This document shows, piece by piece, positions 1 through 13,500 of a stretch of 62,000 bases of DNA. The notes beneath the pieces were generated by a model that searched no databases, had not been told where the DNA came from, and worked only from the letters and a program-made list of their open reading frames with translations. The position numbers and the translations under genes were made by a program. The DNA is taken from contig NW_019091403.1 in NCBI RefSeq assembly GCF_001949145.1, positions 434,001 to 496,000 of the forward strand. The letters run 5' to 3'. The DNA comes from Acanthaster planci (lineage: Eukaryota). Each line of letters opens with the position of its first letter. Position 1 is the stretch's first letter.

Positions 1-80
1 AGAGGCGCAGGCGCCGCGACAGGCACGCACACTTGGAGGCTTGCGCCTATTCATTAACATTCATACTCAAATGGCGCCCA
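1..80 (+). promoter_or_regulatory. Candidate CpG-rich promoter / TSS region
   Basis: GC/CpG-rich start of window. NRF1-like GCGCAGGCGC at 5-14 and YY1-like CAAATGGCG at 68-76, followed ~150 nt later by a good splice donor CAG|GTAGGT at 223/224. Confidence 0.45.
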
Positions 81-223
81 TGGTGATAACACCTTTTTGG
101 CCGAGTTCTCCATCGATACAATCTTTGGGCACAACTGCAAATCGCAAAAATAATCAACCAGTGATCAAGCAGAAACATGCTTCTGGTCATGTTTACAAAA
201 ACCTTCTGCGTCCAGTTCCACAG
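71..223 (+). CDS. Candidate alternative first exon (coding or 5'UTR) of the + strand gene
   Basis: ATG at 71 is open for 51 codons to donor CAG|GTAGGT in phase 0, compatible with exon 40055. A second ATG at 177 gives MLLVMFTKTFCVQFH ending in phase 2, compatible with exon 50457. Could equally be a UTR exon. Confidence 0.35.
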
Positions 224-3200
224 GTAGGTTTGAATTTAGACTTGTGTGCCCTACTTGCTCATGCATGTACAATGGAGGCTGCCATTATCACGTCAGTTGT
301 TGGCGCTGCTGTCTTTAATGCCTCTGGTACTTTCCTTGAAACAGATTGCCTTTCCTAATCTGTTATCCGTAAAATTATCTGGGGGAGATAATCTGTGTGG
401 TTTTCGTGCGCATGCATATTTACAAGTGCCTTTCTTTAATGGGATATATATGCGAGTATCGTGTCCAGAGATGTGTATAGGCTTACGAGTCGTATGTGCG
501 CTTGTGTATCATGTCAGTTTCCAAGTGCCCCGTGGCATGGATTTTCGGCCGGCATTCGTGCAGAGCCACGTTTTAGGATTGGGCCGGGAAGATGGCGTGA
601 AATCAATAGCTTCGGTTGGTAATTAAAGCCCAGTAGCAACATTACGGTGGTGGTTCTCATTGACTTGTGTCACTGGATCGCACAGCGGGCCCCGTTGTAT
701 TATTTCAAAAACCTGGATATTGCATGTATATGCACTTAACAAAACATCAACCAGAGTTCAGAATAATCTGATTTACAGATGTGTGTGGGCTTCTAAAATG
801 TGACATGTAGACTGCAGACTTCCTGCTCTCAGGACACAAGGAAATCCTCGAAATGTTGATAAAAATCTTATCAAGGGAAAAGCTGGGGGAACTTCCCTGA
901 TTTTGTCGCATTCCTGAGGGTCAGACTATAGATCCAGATTGGATTAAGTTGTCCAGGTGCAGAAAATATCTAAGGTAAATCTTGTGTTTGAGTTAAGTAA
1001 GCAACTTCTGTTTCTGATCCTGATTTGTGGAATTGTTGGATATGGTGCATTTCGGTGTGGGCTGTGTATCTCAATCGCCTTCCAACTTCTGGCCAGTCAA
1101 AAACGACCTTCAAGTTTCAAATCGTTTACAGACATGTGTATGATGTGTCTGTTTCCATAATGGAGGTCTTGAAGAGATTAACTGGAAAAGAGACGGTAAA
1201 CTGCCAGCTTCTTTCAACTGAATCCAAGAGAGTCGGCAAGGCCTGACGACAGCCGCTGGAGCGGAACAAATCATTACATTTACAAGTGCTGTGACCCTTT
1301 GCACCACTGCAAACCTGTACTTGTTACATGCTCAGCGGACTACAGTAACTTCATTTCTCCCTTGTTGCTCATATATAGTGCATGCACACCGTACAGCCCC
1401 CCTTCAATAAGCACCAACATCTGCAAGTCATGAGCTTCAAGAACCTGGCGATGAAAATTGGACAAGAAAAATTGCTTCAGTATTTATTGATGGATCGGAT
1501 GTTTCCCTGCACTTTTTTTGAGGGGGAGGGGGGTTCGATGGGTGGGTGACTTCTCCAAGGTCACATAAAAGGTCTTAAGATGACAGACATTTGTCAAGTG
1601 CATTGTGGGATATGATGCTACGCATTCATGTTGAAAGGGCTGTGAGTTGGCGTACTTGAACTGGAGCTAAGGCTGTTTTCCATTACTCAACATCAGCTCT
1701 GTCTCAGGCTTCAACTGTTTTTTTTAAAACCGACTTTGAAGCTGTAAGCACAGTAATCAGTCTAATAGTACCACAAAACATCAAATAAGATGCAAGAAAG
1801 CCAAAAATTACAGTAATCCAATGTAATTTAAACACTTCAGGCCCACAATCGGGAATTGGTTTTGGGAACGAAGCCTGAGACAGAGACGAAGTTGAGTATT
1901 GGGTTTCTTTTACAGCACTGTGGGATTGATAGGAATTGCTGAAAAGTGTGATCACATTTTGCTTCCACCCACTAACGAGCAAATGTGCCGCATGATAAAT
2001 TACTTGCATTTTATATGATTGTCTTAATGGGTAACATCTTTCCCTGTCTGACATTTTAATCTGTTAGATACAGCCCCCCGAGAAATATTACAAGGGCCAT
2101 AATATTTTTTATAATGAAATACAGTAGTCTCCTCACCCCAAAGCATCCCCAGTCAGCCAAGCTAGAAATTCTTCACGTTTCACTAGCAAATGTGTTATTA
2201 ATCCTGGAATCTAAAACCAAGTACGTTTTTATCCCATTTTCTTTTTCACTAAAAGCTTCTTTTTTTTTCTGGAGAAACGTTCACTCTCCGGCAGTGTTGG
2301 CTACCCATGAAAAAATGTCACAAAGTTTGTCCTGTCTTTACATTGGCTTTCTGAGTTCCACCAAACCGTACTTACTAGTATTTTGTGGGCCGCCAAATAG
2401 ATTCACCAAAACTGTCACCAAGCCATGCTCTAAACTTCCATTGTTCTCCTTACTATCTACATGTAAGTTAACCCCTATAGTCCACAAATCTGTACGGACA
2501 CAGTGTATATGTGATGGGGTGCTACATGTACTTTATGACAGCCAGGTCTTACATGTTAAAAATCACATATTAGGTTGTACACTAGTAGTTGAAGACTCTT
2601 AGTGTACATGTATGTATGGGACGTGATTGCCTTTGTCAGGCTGTAACATCAAGAGTTCATTGCGAACTCCGAATCAGGCGAGCTGCCCAGGGAAGATCAA
2701 GCATGTAAACAGTGCTTTTGAGATCAAACTTCAGAGAAATCTATGTGGCCTACACGTTCTTCCGGCATATCTATTCTATGTAAAATTACCACCTACAGAG
2801 TCCCTTGCATGCGGAACCACCTCATTTTTTTTTTATTTTGTGGGAAAATAAAAATTGATTGGTTTGAAAATAATGCCCACGTTGAACTGCCAATTCTGTA
2901 GATCCACCAGTCCTTGAGGACACATCTCTTCTATCAATATTAAAATGAAAAAAAAAAATTAGCCTCAAAGTGGCATGGAAGAGGATTTCGGAAAAGTGCA
3001 TATCTAGTACTTGTATGTACTAGACAAGACGGAAGAGCATCTTGTATATCAAGTGAAATCCTGGACTCGCCACATTATCATACAAATGGAATATCGTTCA
3101 GACTTTTCTGCCACTAGGGGACTTGCAAGCTTGCCCGGATAACAGTCTGATTTTTTTCCCCTGCTTTGCGGATCAGCATCTGATCCAGCATCAAATTCCC

Positions 3201-5077
3201 CCGACTGAGAATACTGCCACTCCTGGTCTGGAAATTTCTTACCTTGATCGAGATGAAAATTGCTGGCAATTATAACTTTTCAGGGATATTTCTTCGCCTC
3301 AAGAAAAACTACTAGAGAGAAGTCTTGTAAAGTTTGAAACATCTGAAATGCGGACTGAAGTCCACATCCCACTTGCAATTTCTCATTTGCATGTGTATAC
3401 ATGTACATTGATGAATTTTTTTGTCGATTTCTGTCAATCAATTAGTGTCTGTGATCAATGAGCCCTTGGAACACGCATGGCACAACTCTGGCAGCACCTG
3501 GGATGTTTGGCAGATCGCTTTCAGTGCCGTCTTGGGTGTTGTTGCTGCTCGATGGTGTCTGCTGATAAAATGCTTGCCCGCTGGCTGTTTGCACAGATCC
3601 ATAGATGACACAGTTGCATGACCGTGTACCGATACGTATGGCAAAACGCGCACATGGGTCGTGTCTTTTTAAGACACAGCTTTTTTTCTTCCCTTGTAAG
3701 TGGATGTATCTGGAGTGCCTGTATTGATTACATCAGTAAGAAAACAACAGAAATTTGCCATTGACCAAGTTAATCTCTGAAATTTGATCAGAAGGGAAGA
3801 CGAGTCAGTAATGGAAGCTGCTGGAGTTGGTCTGTGTTTACAGTTTGAAATCTTCAAGTCGAAAGCGGGAACTTGTTTTCACTCTGAACTTGGTGCCATT
3901 TTTTTTTTATTGAGCTGCTGATTGCATGAATTTGATTAGTAAAAACTGGTTACCAGTCAGAATGGGATGCAGTGCGTATCACTGGCAACTGGTTCCCATT
4001 TCTTGTCAGCATTTGCAGGTTGTAGGGAGTCTGCAAGAAAGTTACACTGCAGACTACCAGTAGGAAATGCAACCTACTGTATTTTCAGGATGAATTTCTC
4101 GAGGTAGGCCTGCACGTGTGGCATAAAATCTGTTGGTGTATTGATCAAATTACCCATTCAAGTCTTTCTGTGAAACCTTTCCTGCTTTGCAGAGAATACC
4201 CAACATTGCACAACAGAAGAAAAAAAGGGAATTTCACATCTGTGGTTGGATATGAATAATATGAAACAAAACAAATATCAAATGAGGGGTTTACTCAACA
4301 AAACCTGAGCATGTCGTGCTGAATGATTGTTCCTGGTTTTGACTCGTATTTCAAACCAAAGCAAAAAATCCACTGACCTGACAGAAACAGGAAGTTTGGG
4401 AACCGTGTTGTAGGGAACTGCCACCGACCAATGGTTGCTCAGGAACTCTGCGTGTATGTCACATGATCACTTCTGCTTTTCCAAGCCACAGGTGTCGGAT
4501 CCAAGACTCAGCAAAAAAACAGTTAAATGCTCATCAAAGTTATGGCATAGTTGGCTTCCTCTGCAGTTAGTTGTGGTAGTGTGTGAACGTGACATGTTTT
4601 GGGAATTGTGTTTGACGGTTCTTTGTCATTGTTGTTGAATGTCATTTTTGTGGCTTTTAGAGCAAACTTGCAAGAGTGTTAACCAGTGCATTATGGTATT
4701 TGTATACCACCTGCGAGTCTGCAGTAACTTCTGGCAAGTTACGAGTGGTCAGTGGTGTTGCAATTTTTCCTGCAGAGTACTTCTGGACTCCACCTGTGAA
4801 GTTTTCTGCTAGTGTTGTCTTCTTGTAGTGATTTGTACCAAAGAACGTTCAGTACTCTTTGAAAGACAAGTGGACTGGTTGCTGGAAGTGGACTTCTTGA
4901 TTAAAACTTTTGCTAGAAACATATGTTAACTTGGCGTTATCAGAGGAGTGGAGTTAACTTGAAAAACTGCACTTGTTTGACTTACTCCTCATTTCCGAAA
5001 ACTCTTTACAAGTGCAATCCGCCCACAACTGACCGGTAATAGCCTATCGTCAGGGTCTTGTAGTCATCATCGTCACA

Positions 5078-5242
5078 ATGACCTCCAAAGATTTCAAGAC
5101 CAGGTTTGCCAGTTTGAGGCGACGCCCGACGACCCAGCTCTCCAGCCAGAGAAGGGTCTCCATTACCCTGGTGGGGCCCATCTGCCGCGAGGATAAGCCC
5201 TTTTATGCTGGAGAACTTGTAGACTTGCTGCCAGAGACGCAG
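5078..5242 (+). CDS. First coding exon (A) of an unidentified multi-exon gene: MTSKDFKTRFASLRRRPTTQLSSQRRVSITLVGPICREDKPFYAGELVDLLPETQ
   Basis: ATG in ACAATGA context, 55 GC-richer codons, donor CAG|GTAGGG in phase 0, in frame with exon 40055. Confidence 0.7.
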
Positions 5243-8200
5243 GTAGGGAGAAGAAAAAAAATAAGAGAGGTCTTGCACTTGTGCAAAAAATTATGCTGAG
5301 CCTAGGCGTACAGGTACATGTAAACGTTATTCCTGTCCTTGAAACAGCTCATTTTGGTACAGTAATTTCCCCTAAAATCCCCAGGATTTCTGCTAGCAAC
5401 CCTCTTTAATTCTTCAATACACTTCACCTTTATATACATGTACTTGATCAAGCTCTACGTCTACATGTATGTAAAGAAGTACATGTAGTTGTTTTTTTAG
5501 AAAAAAGGGGGAATTGAGACGACTGCTTTAAATTGCAGTATAGAAAGATTGAGGTACATGTACGAGTTGGTGTCCCATTTAAAGGCGAGCCAGCACCTTA
5601 CTGAAGTCATCACACTTGAATCCCTGTGAGTGATTGGTCAGTTCACAGCAACAATGCTGTGGTAAGGTCCTCCATACGTATAGGCTGAGTTTGGGGGGCT
5701 TGTTCTCGTATGTTCATGAACAGTTTGATTTGTTTTTGGTCTGCCGCTCAAACACCGGGAACGTACAACCGGTTTTTGCTGGTAGTTAGTGACAAGGAAC
5801 ATGCAACATCCATGTACGTTATTCGAGAGTTACTGTTTGGATAACTGGGCTGAATTCTTTTCTGTTCAAACAGGAACATTCATTTCTGTGTTATAAAGAA
5901 TACTTAATGTTACTTTTGCAAATTTCCTATTGTCTCTGGCTTTGTAAGCCATCACTGTTTGCAGCTGTTCAAAAATCAAAATCTTGCAAGTTTTTCTGTG
6001 TGTTCTTGTAAAACCCTGACGAGGAGGTGGTGTGTGATCCTGTTCCGAGAACAGTGTTCTTGAGTCGTGTTCCCACTGTTCAAGTGCGAGAACAAAACCT
6101 TTTTCAAAAACAGGCTGCCCGAACTCGACCATTGTGATACCCTGTCTGTCTTTCATTCCGAAAGTGTGCCGTTGCTCTTCTGATGAGTAAAATTATGTGT
6201 GGTATGCTTGGTTAATCAAGTTGACTCAAAGACAAGCTTGTTAACATAGTTCTGCTCTTTGAAGCATGGAAAATGCCGGCCCATGTCGTGCTCATATGTG
6301 TCGTTTTGTGTGGTGTGTGCATGTGTCGCTTTCAACAGCTCGGAAGTTGGGAAAGCATAATTACAATATCCAAACCACACCGTAAATTTTTACACACCCT
6401 CGTTCTACTATATGTTCTAAGAAATGGACCAGTTTTCTGTGCCAAGAAGAAGCGCATGTGAAGGAGTGTATACTACCCATAAAAGTTTTCCACACTGATA
6501 TGCCTAGAGTATAAAATTAAAGTGAAACTTTTGAGAGGAACACAATTTTTTTCTTCTTCAACTAAATACAAAGGAGAACCCACGCTTGCAGCTTGATCAA
6601 AGCCCACTGTATTTTGGAGTCAGGTTTTAGATGAATGTCACACACATTTCGACGTACGTGCATTTAGTTTTACATGTACCTGCGTGGGGAAAATGATCAC
6701 GTCAAAGTTCATGGAAAATGAAATGTCATTAAGCACAGGTGTCGTGTTTCACATTGAAACCAAAACCTTTCCTGCTCGTATATATGTACAATGCTCTCAT
6801 GAAAAGGAAAGAAAAATCGAAATTACACTCCAGTCACATGAAGCGCTTGCTGCCGGTACTTTTGTCTTTCCTTTACAGTTTTGAAGCACTGTACTGAAAT
6901 TATTGTTTAGGAAATTCCCGAGGGCTTGGTAAAATATGGTGGTTATAAGATCGACTGACATTTAATTCGTCGTCCCTCTCGAATCTGAGACCGAGTTTAG
7001 AGTACCATGTACTAGAGTTTAAGTCCCTGGTCCTGCTGGAAAGTATTTGATTTCCTTTGCCCCTACAGTTTCTTTTTCGAGAGAAAACAGTGTGCTCAAA
7101 CAAGCACAGTCCCGGGTGTTTTAAATCTTACACTCTTGACATACCCTGAAACGACTTTGAGAACCAGAACACAAGAAATCAAAGCTTGGGTTCATATGAA
7201 ACAAAGTGTTTTCAGAATGCTTTCTTGGTTATGTCTGCACAGTAATATAAAAGAATTGTTGTACCAGTGTGGTTTTAGCAAGCGCCATTGCCTTCCAAAT
7301 CTTTTCCCCCTAATAGATCGAGGGTACACATGTCGTAAAACAAATCAGTGTGGGAAAATACTATTGTACAAAAAAACATTGAAACTGAACTACAAATTAA
7401 TGACAGTATTATCGCACATGCAGCTTCAGAACTTCAGTTCAGGCCTTTCATGTGAATGTGTGCTAAGCCTGTGCAGTCAAGCCACAAACTCTAAATAGAG
7501 CCAAACAAAAGTCCTGAAAAAACAAGCATATTTAGAACAAACCAAATAAAAAGCCAAATTGTTTAAAAAATCATCATGTGGATTGAATATTTAGAACAAC
7601 ATCCACTCTTTGAAATGCAAGTCTAAAGACATTTTTTACAATCAAATGTAAGAATAAGCAATCAGAGGAGAATCAAATGAAATCAAAATCAAATTTTCCG
7701 ATATAGACAGCACCATTCATCCCTCGTTATACTGATTGTTAGCTGTTCCGTTTGCACTGCCTGGCAAAGGGTCAACACACACACCAAGTTTTTAGACACT
7801 GACCTAGTCAAGTCTTGGCCTTTTGCCCTTCTATGCCAGTGGAAAAAAAGACTGTTGCAAAAAAAGCATACCGCCCTAGGCCGACTTGCGATTAATCCGG
7901 TATCCCCACCGCGAACACACAGCGTCCTAATTGGCCAAATTAGCCCTAAGTGTGCTCAATGCCTGCGCCTCAATTCAATTGCGTGTGCTGGTGACTGGGT
8001 GCTCTGTGTACTGTCTTTTTTGTACCATGATTTTTTTTGTCGGAGCGGCGGCAATCATCTCGTTTGCTTTTTTTTCTGTTGTTGACGAAGCTATGACACT
8101 TATTTTACTGAAAGAATGATCCTTAATAGTAGGATTATCAAACAGGTTTGCATGAAGAGATTCAATGCTGGCCACGTTAAGCTGTTTATTGAGTTGATAA

Positions 8201-9673
8201 CCCTCCCCCCCCCAAAAAAAACAGTATCAGTTTGGAACATGTCCCATCATCCACCATGAGCAGGACCAAGAGAAGGTGGGAACTACACTTTGCTGGTTCA
8301 TGAATAACTACGAAATACATGAATTGTGGTTGCATAATTCTCGCTACAAGCATGGCTCTTTTCAACATGTGAGGGGGTGCTTCTGCTCAAGGCAGATTTG
8401 GAACATTCAGGATGTTGTGTTTGAAGTGCCTTGTTCTCATTCCGGAACGGGTGGCTATTCCACTGGAAACACTGGCATTCTCATCGGATGTTGCCTCGGA
8501 ACGGTTTTAACACTAATCCGATCATTTCAGCCATTCTGATGTAGCTGGAATGGTCCAACAGAACACATGTTGCTGACTGTTGAGACACTCCCTGAAAGTC
8601 TTGTCTTTCTGTCCTGTACGTGCAGCTCTGTTGACGGTCACCTGCTGTTCTGACCAAAAAAAAATGGAAGCAGAGGCTTCTTTTCTCAGACAACAAAGAC
8701 AGAATCACTTCATTGGCTGGATGCCGTGGGATTGTTTTGTTTTGGGCAGCAAGATGAAAAGCACTTTTTGATTCAAACAATTCGCAAATCGTTCAGGGCC
8801 ATATTTGTCCGCAGTTACACCAAATGTTGCAAAGGGCTATGCAGTCTTTCCTAGATTTCATCCTCACCAGTTTCCCAAACTATCCCCCACCGGTAGGCAC
8901 ACCACAAATAGCCAAGGCTTGTTGTGCTAACGGCCCATCATCTTTCCACTTTCCTGGACTTCCTACAACTCACAAAGTTTATTATGATATCAGATTCCCA
9001 AATTAAGAACGTGTTGAAACTCTCTCCCTAAAAAAGAGGAGATGAAAAACAAAATTTCTGCACTTTTGGTGATATTTCAGCACTTGAGTAACTGTCTCGC
9101 CATGACGACATGAGTAGTTGATATAGACAGTCTGGATTGTGCCTCGTCTCTGCCGTAGTTTTGATAACAGAAAGGTTCGTATTTGGCAAGTACTCTGTGT
9201 AGACCTTTAAACTCAACCGTTGGTAAAAACAGCGCACCTATGTATGCGCATTTTAAAAGCCCTTTCCCGTAAATTGCTCCCTGCTTAAAATAGATCACCG
9301 GTCTGGGGCAGATGAAGATGAAAGCACCTGAACATAACTTTCCCAAGTGTATTAAATGGATGGTAATAGTCACACAAGTTTGATAAACACGTAACAGTAC
9401 CCGTCGTTTCGGAGATGGAGTGGTGGTGGAGTGCGAACAGCACCTCCCCCACTGGTAAATGTTCTGCGCGGAAAATGCAATTAACTTTGTGGACATTTCC
9501 GGTGATAGCAATTTTCCCTGGCAAAGCCCGTGTTACACTGATGATCTGGTGAAAAGCGCACGGCGTTTGTTTTTTGGCACGAACAGGCTCTCTCCGTAAT
9601 GGAGCACCCTTTTGTACACAATCTATGCACTTTGCCGACGGTGTAGGGTTCACAGGAAAGGCTTTAGTCAGTG

Positions 9674-9726
9674 ATGGAAGCCAAAACTCTAGAGAAATGC
9701 GTTAAGAGTGCGAATTTGAGGACAAG
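9674..9726 (+). CDS. Candidate alternative first exon, MEAKTLEKCVKSANLRT(R)
   Basis: GTGATGG Kozak context, in-frame TAG at 9665-9667 just upstream, strong donor AAG|GTAAGA. Ends in phase 2, in frame with exon 50457. Confidence 0.4.
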
Positions 9727-10099
9727 GTAAGATTCCACTCTCTTCCCCTGCCCCCACCCAGGGGTCCTTGATAAACATGAATGGTACAAAATGACCCATT
9801 TTCTGTGTTGATCTTACATTAACTGCGTTTCCCCCATGGTGTTTACGTTAGTTCTTTTCCAACAACAAGCCAAATCACTTTGTATCACACTTGTACATGA
9901 ACATGTACCTCCACTAAGTCCCGAAAAACTTTCCCGCTTTAGAATCTATTTGTTCAGAGCAATTCTTTGACAACATGCATGCACGTAGTTCAAATAAAAA
10001 TAGCCCCATGCACACTTTACACTGTACGTGCATTTGTACATGTAGATGAGTCTTATGTACAAGCTCCATTTATATTACCCGCACATTTAGAAACAAAAT

Positions 10100-10556
10100 T
10101 CTTTTATACTCATTATCACTTAATTTTGATTTGCAATTTAGTTTTTATTTTGTAAGCATATTTTTATCACTTAATTCCAAATTATTTATTTGTCAATCGT
10201 CAAATCTAGGGCTGGATGAACAGATTTTCAAGTCCCAGTGCCGTCACTTTTGTTCATCCTGGCCACCCTTGGTTGGACTGTACTTGGTTTGTGTACTACA
10301 TTGTACTTCCCCTTTCCCTTTCTTTCCATCTCATGACCTCCCTTACATCCCTTAACTCCCCTTTCACCCCTAACCCAAATCCCCTTCCCCCACTTTCTCT
10401 CCCTACACCTCTTTCCGACCCACTGCCCGCCCTGCCCCCCTGTATCCCCACTCTTTCCCTGTTTATTTATCCTTTTGTTGATTGTTATCATATTGTGATG
10501 TTCTCTGTATTGTTTTCTGTATGTGCAGTGACCGAATAAATAACGATAATAGTAAT
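10100..10556 (+). mobile_element. Probable 3' UTR/tail fragment of a non-LTR retrotransposon (CR1/L2-like)
   Basis: T-rich segment, stem-loop (GGATGAACA 10214-10222 / TGTTCATCC 10251-10259), C-rich polypyrimidine tract, then AATAAA at 10535 and a degenerate (AAT)n tail TAACGATAATAGTAAT. Boundaries approximate. Confidence 0.45.
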
Positions 10557-13500
10557 GCCTCATCCTATTTTGTACTTTTTGCCCCCAAACAAACTTCCTA
10601 TGATACTCTCCTAGTGTCTCACATTTCCATATTTATACTTGCCGATCGCACCGGTCGTTTGCAAGATTTTTTCCAAAGGAACAGAGAAACAAATATTTTT
10701 TCATGTTTCATTTGGGAAGTTCACGCCCAGTCATTTGCCTCGACTGTAAACCCTTCCTTGGGGCCTCGAACTTTAAAACTTTCCGCTGACAAGGTCGTTG
10801 CCCCTTCTCCCTCTTCGCCTGTCCCTTCACACCGAGAAAGAGAGAAAGAGAAAGGGGCAGGGAATGAAATTCAAACTGATTAAACTTTCCGTTAGCTGGT
10901 GACAGGATGCTTCATGCTCTGCCTCTGTGCTTGCTCAAACAATTTCTTGCATTATGAACCTTCTGCGTCTACACTGGTCCGTGCACCAACCCCCCCCCGC
11001 AAAAAATCTATACTTGGTGCTAGGCTTTTAAGCTGTATTGCATCGGCTGTTTGGATAGAGTCAATCAATGGAGTCAATCTGTGAAATGGCATCGTGGTCT
11101 TCCCCATCTGATTTTAAACGGTGCCAGAGTTTGTCGAATTGACCTCTCCTGCTATTGATGAGACTGTAAAAAAAAAAGCCGCGTAAGTGAAGGTGGTTAG
11201 TTTTTTTGTGTGTAGGTGTGCATGTTGACATTGTAGTGCCACTGGATTGGTCAGCGTTGTTAGTGCCGGTTCTCAACAGGATTATTACAAGTGTTTGAGC
11301 AAATAAAATGATTGTGTTGGTTTTAACGAGGCTTTTTCTCGAGTGGGCGTGGACGCTCGTGCAGAATGAATCTGTTTGCAATTATTTTGTATCTCAATGG
11401 CTAGTGTCCAGTGGCATGAAGATTCGCACAACTTCAGTAGTCGTTTCATATTGAAAGGCCAAGTTTGGGAGAAAGAGATGAGTTACGCCACTAAAGATGG
11501 ATGGAAAGGTTTTGCATGATGTGAAAGAGGTTTCCAGCTCGTTGAGTTAATTGGTTTTTTTTGCAGTCATCCTATTACTCTTTTTTTTACACTTTGGACA
11601 AAAAGCCTCAAATGTGAGAACTCCTTCGCGAAATGTCAAACGGTTTCCACATCGCTCATAAAAGCTTTTCCCATTGCCCGGTTGTCGGAGTTTCCCCTCA
11701 TCAGCCCAGTCGGGTCTCTCTCAGCCCCGATTAGAAATTCACATTTCGTCAGACGATCATGGCGCCACACACACTGGGCGCTTGACACAAGCTTTGACAA
11801 GGCCCCGACGCCTAGATGTTCCAAGCTGACCCTGTCACTTGTGCTTTTCCTGTCTCTGGCTGCTGTCTGCTCCCCCCCCCCCGCTTCTCTTACCGTAGCC
11901 ATACCCATGTGATGTTGCCCAATACACGTACATGTACACTTCCAACAAGTCACTGTATTTTTACAGTATGCCACTCGTTAAGCTCTCACTGGTATCATCT
12001 GTACTCAATTATCCTCCAGTAGAGTAATGAACAGAATTGCATTTGAGTTTTGGCTGAGTATTTTGCTAATGAATGGTCATTGGAAAGCTTAAACCTTGTC
12101 AGGCAGATTCATCCATTTCCTGGTCCAAAGGTTTAGTGGAAATCTCATAGAATCTTGTCAAATTTTGTGCCCTAAACATGTTCAGGTACATTGGCGTGTT
12201 TTGATATTAAATCACCTGCGTCAACTTTTCAAACCCCAGTGAGGCGTGGAACTTCAGCAAGAATGTTAAAAATGAAATGATACTGTACTTTAATGCTCTG
12301 AGGTTGATATCCTCTGAGCTTTGATGAGGGGAACAAAACGTTTGCGAGAAACTCCATCTCACATCTACTTTGCTACAACTGCTTGCAGTTGAAGTAAATG
12401 TTGTTTGCAGCCCACTGCCTACACATTTGACGTCAATACCTTCAGTTAAGTCAGTCGTTCTGCTGCAAGAAAATATTTTGCAGTCCTGTTGAAAGATTCA
12501 AGCTTACGCTTTATGCAGTTATTCTCCTAAGCCATTGAAAAGAGAAGCAAGGAAAGTAATAGACATTGTCTGGCGTTTCTGTGGAGACTATTTATGGAGA
12601 TTGTGGACAGCATATTGTCCCCGCATGTTTTTATTTTTGGTAAAGTAAGGAGGACGAAACAAATGTGTCACCCTTGTTTACGTGGAGAGACCTACGAAAT
12701 TGTTTCTTTGAGTTGGAAAAATATGGCAATCCCAAGAGAAAGTAGCCCATGTACAAGGAAGAGATGCTGGAGTTGTGGGCTTCGTTTAAGAAGCAGAGAC
12801 AAGATGGACGTGTATTCCCAGTCGGCTGTTCATTCCAGGATGGCTCTTGGCCAAATCCGACTGTAACAGGAGATGCAAAGCTCGAACATATATCACTGTA
12901 CAATTTTCCATTTTTCAGTCACTTGTTATTGCCAGCGATGCAGGAAGTTGGCAAGTTGGAAAATAGGGATTAGTTTTTTTTTTCCTCTTCTGGCTTTTGT
13001 TTTGGATGGCTGTTTTGTCCTTGATGAAAAAAGAGTTAATTCATGATGGTAATGATGGGGGGGGGTTGGGAAATGTATCTGCCGGCATTTAGCGTCACTG
13101 TTAATTTCCCCATTGATCTGGGGGTTTCATTGCTCCCCGTCCCCACGACTTGCCCGACAACCCCCTGGGAAATCAAACCATCGGTGAGCTTAGTTTTTTT
13201 TTACCCCTGACTATCCCTGAATATTCAGGGGGCTGGTGATTATTCGATTGGGTATGTTTCGAGGGAGTTTGAATAGAAAACCATACCTTTTGCTCTTATT
13301 CTATCTCCCTCCTCGTCTCACTCTTTCTCTCTCTTTCTGTTCTTTTTTTCCCCTCCGTCTTCATTGCTTTTTTATTACTTGTAGAAGTCTTGGCAGTGAT
13401 ATCTGCCAGTGTAAATAATTGAAGTTGCTGAAGGCTGTTGATGTGAGTTATTCATTGGAAATGGAGGAAGTTTCAAACTCCCGCGGAGACTTGTCGAATG

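Noticed and set aside
5243..5299. Treating 5078-5299 as a complete 73-aa single-exon gene
   Set aside because: Composition shifts to A-rich immediately after the CAG|GTAGGG donor; the spliced model fits better.
12749..12973. ORF MYKEEMLELWASFKKQRQDG...
   Set aside because: Looks helical, but has no good in-phase donor and no family I recognise.
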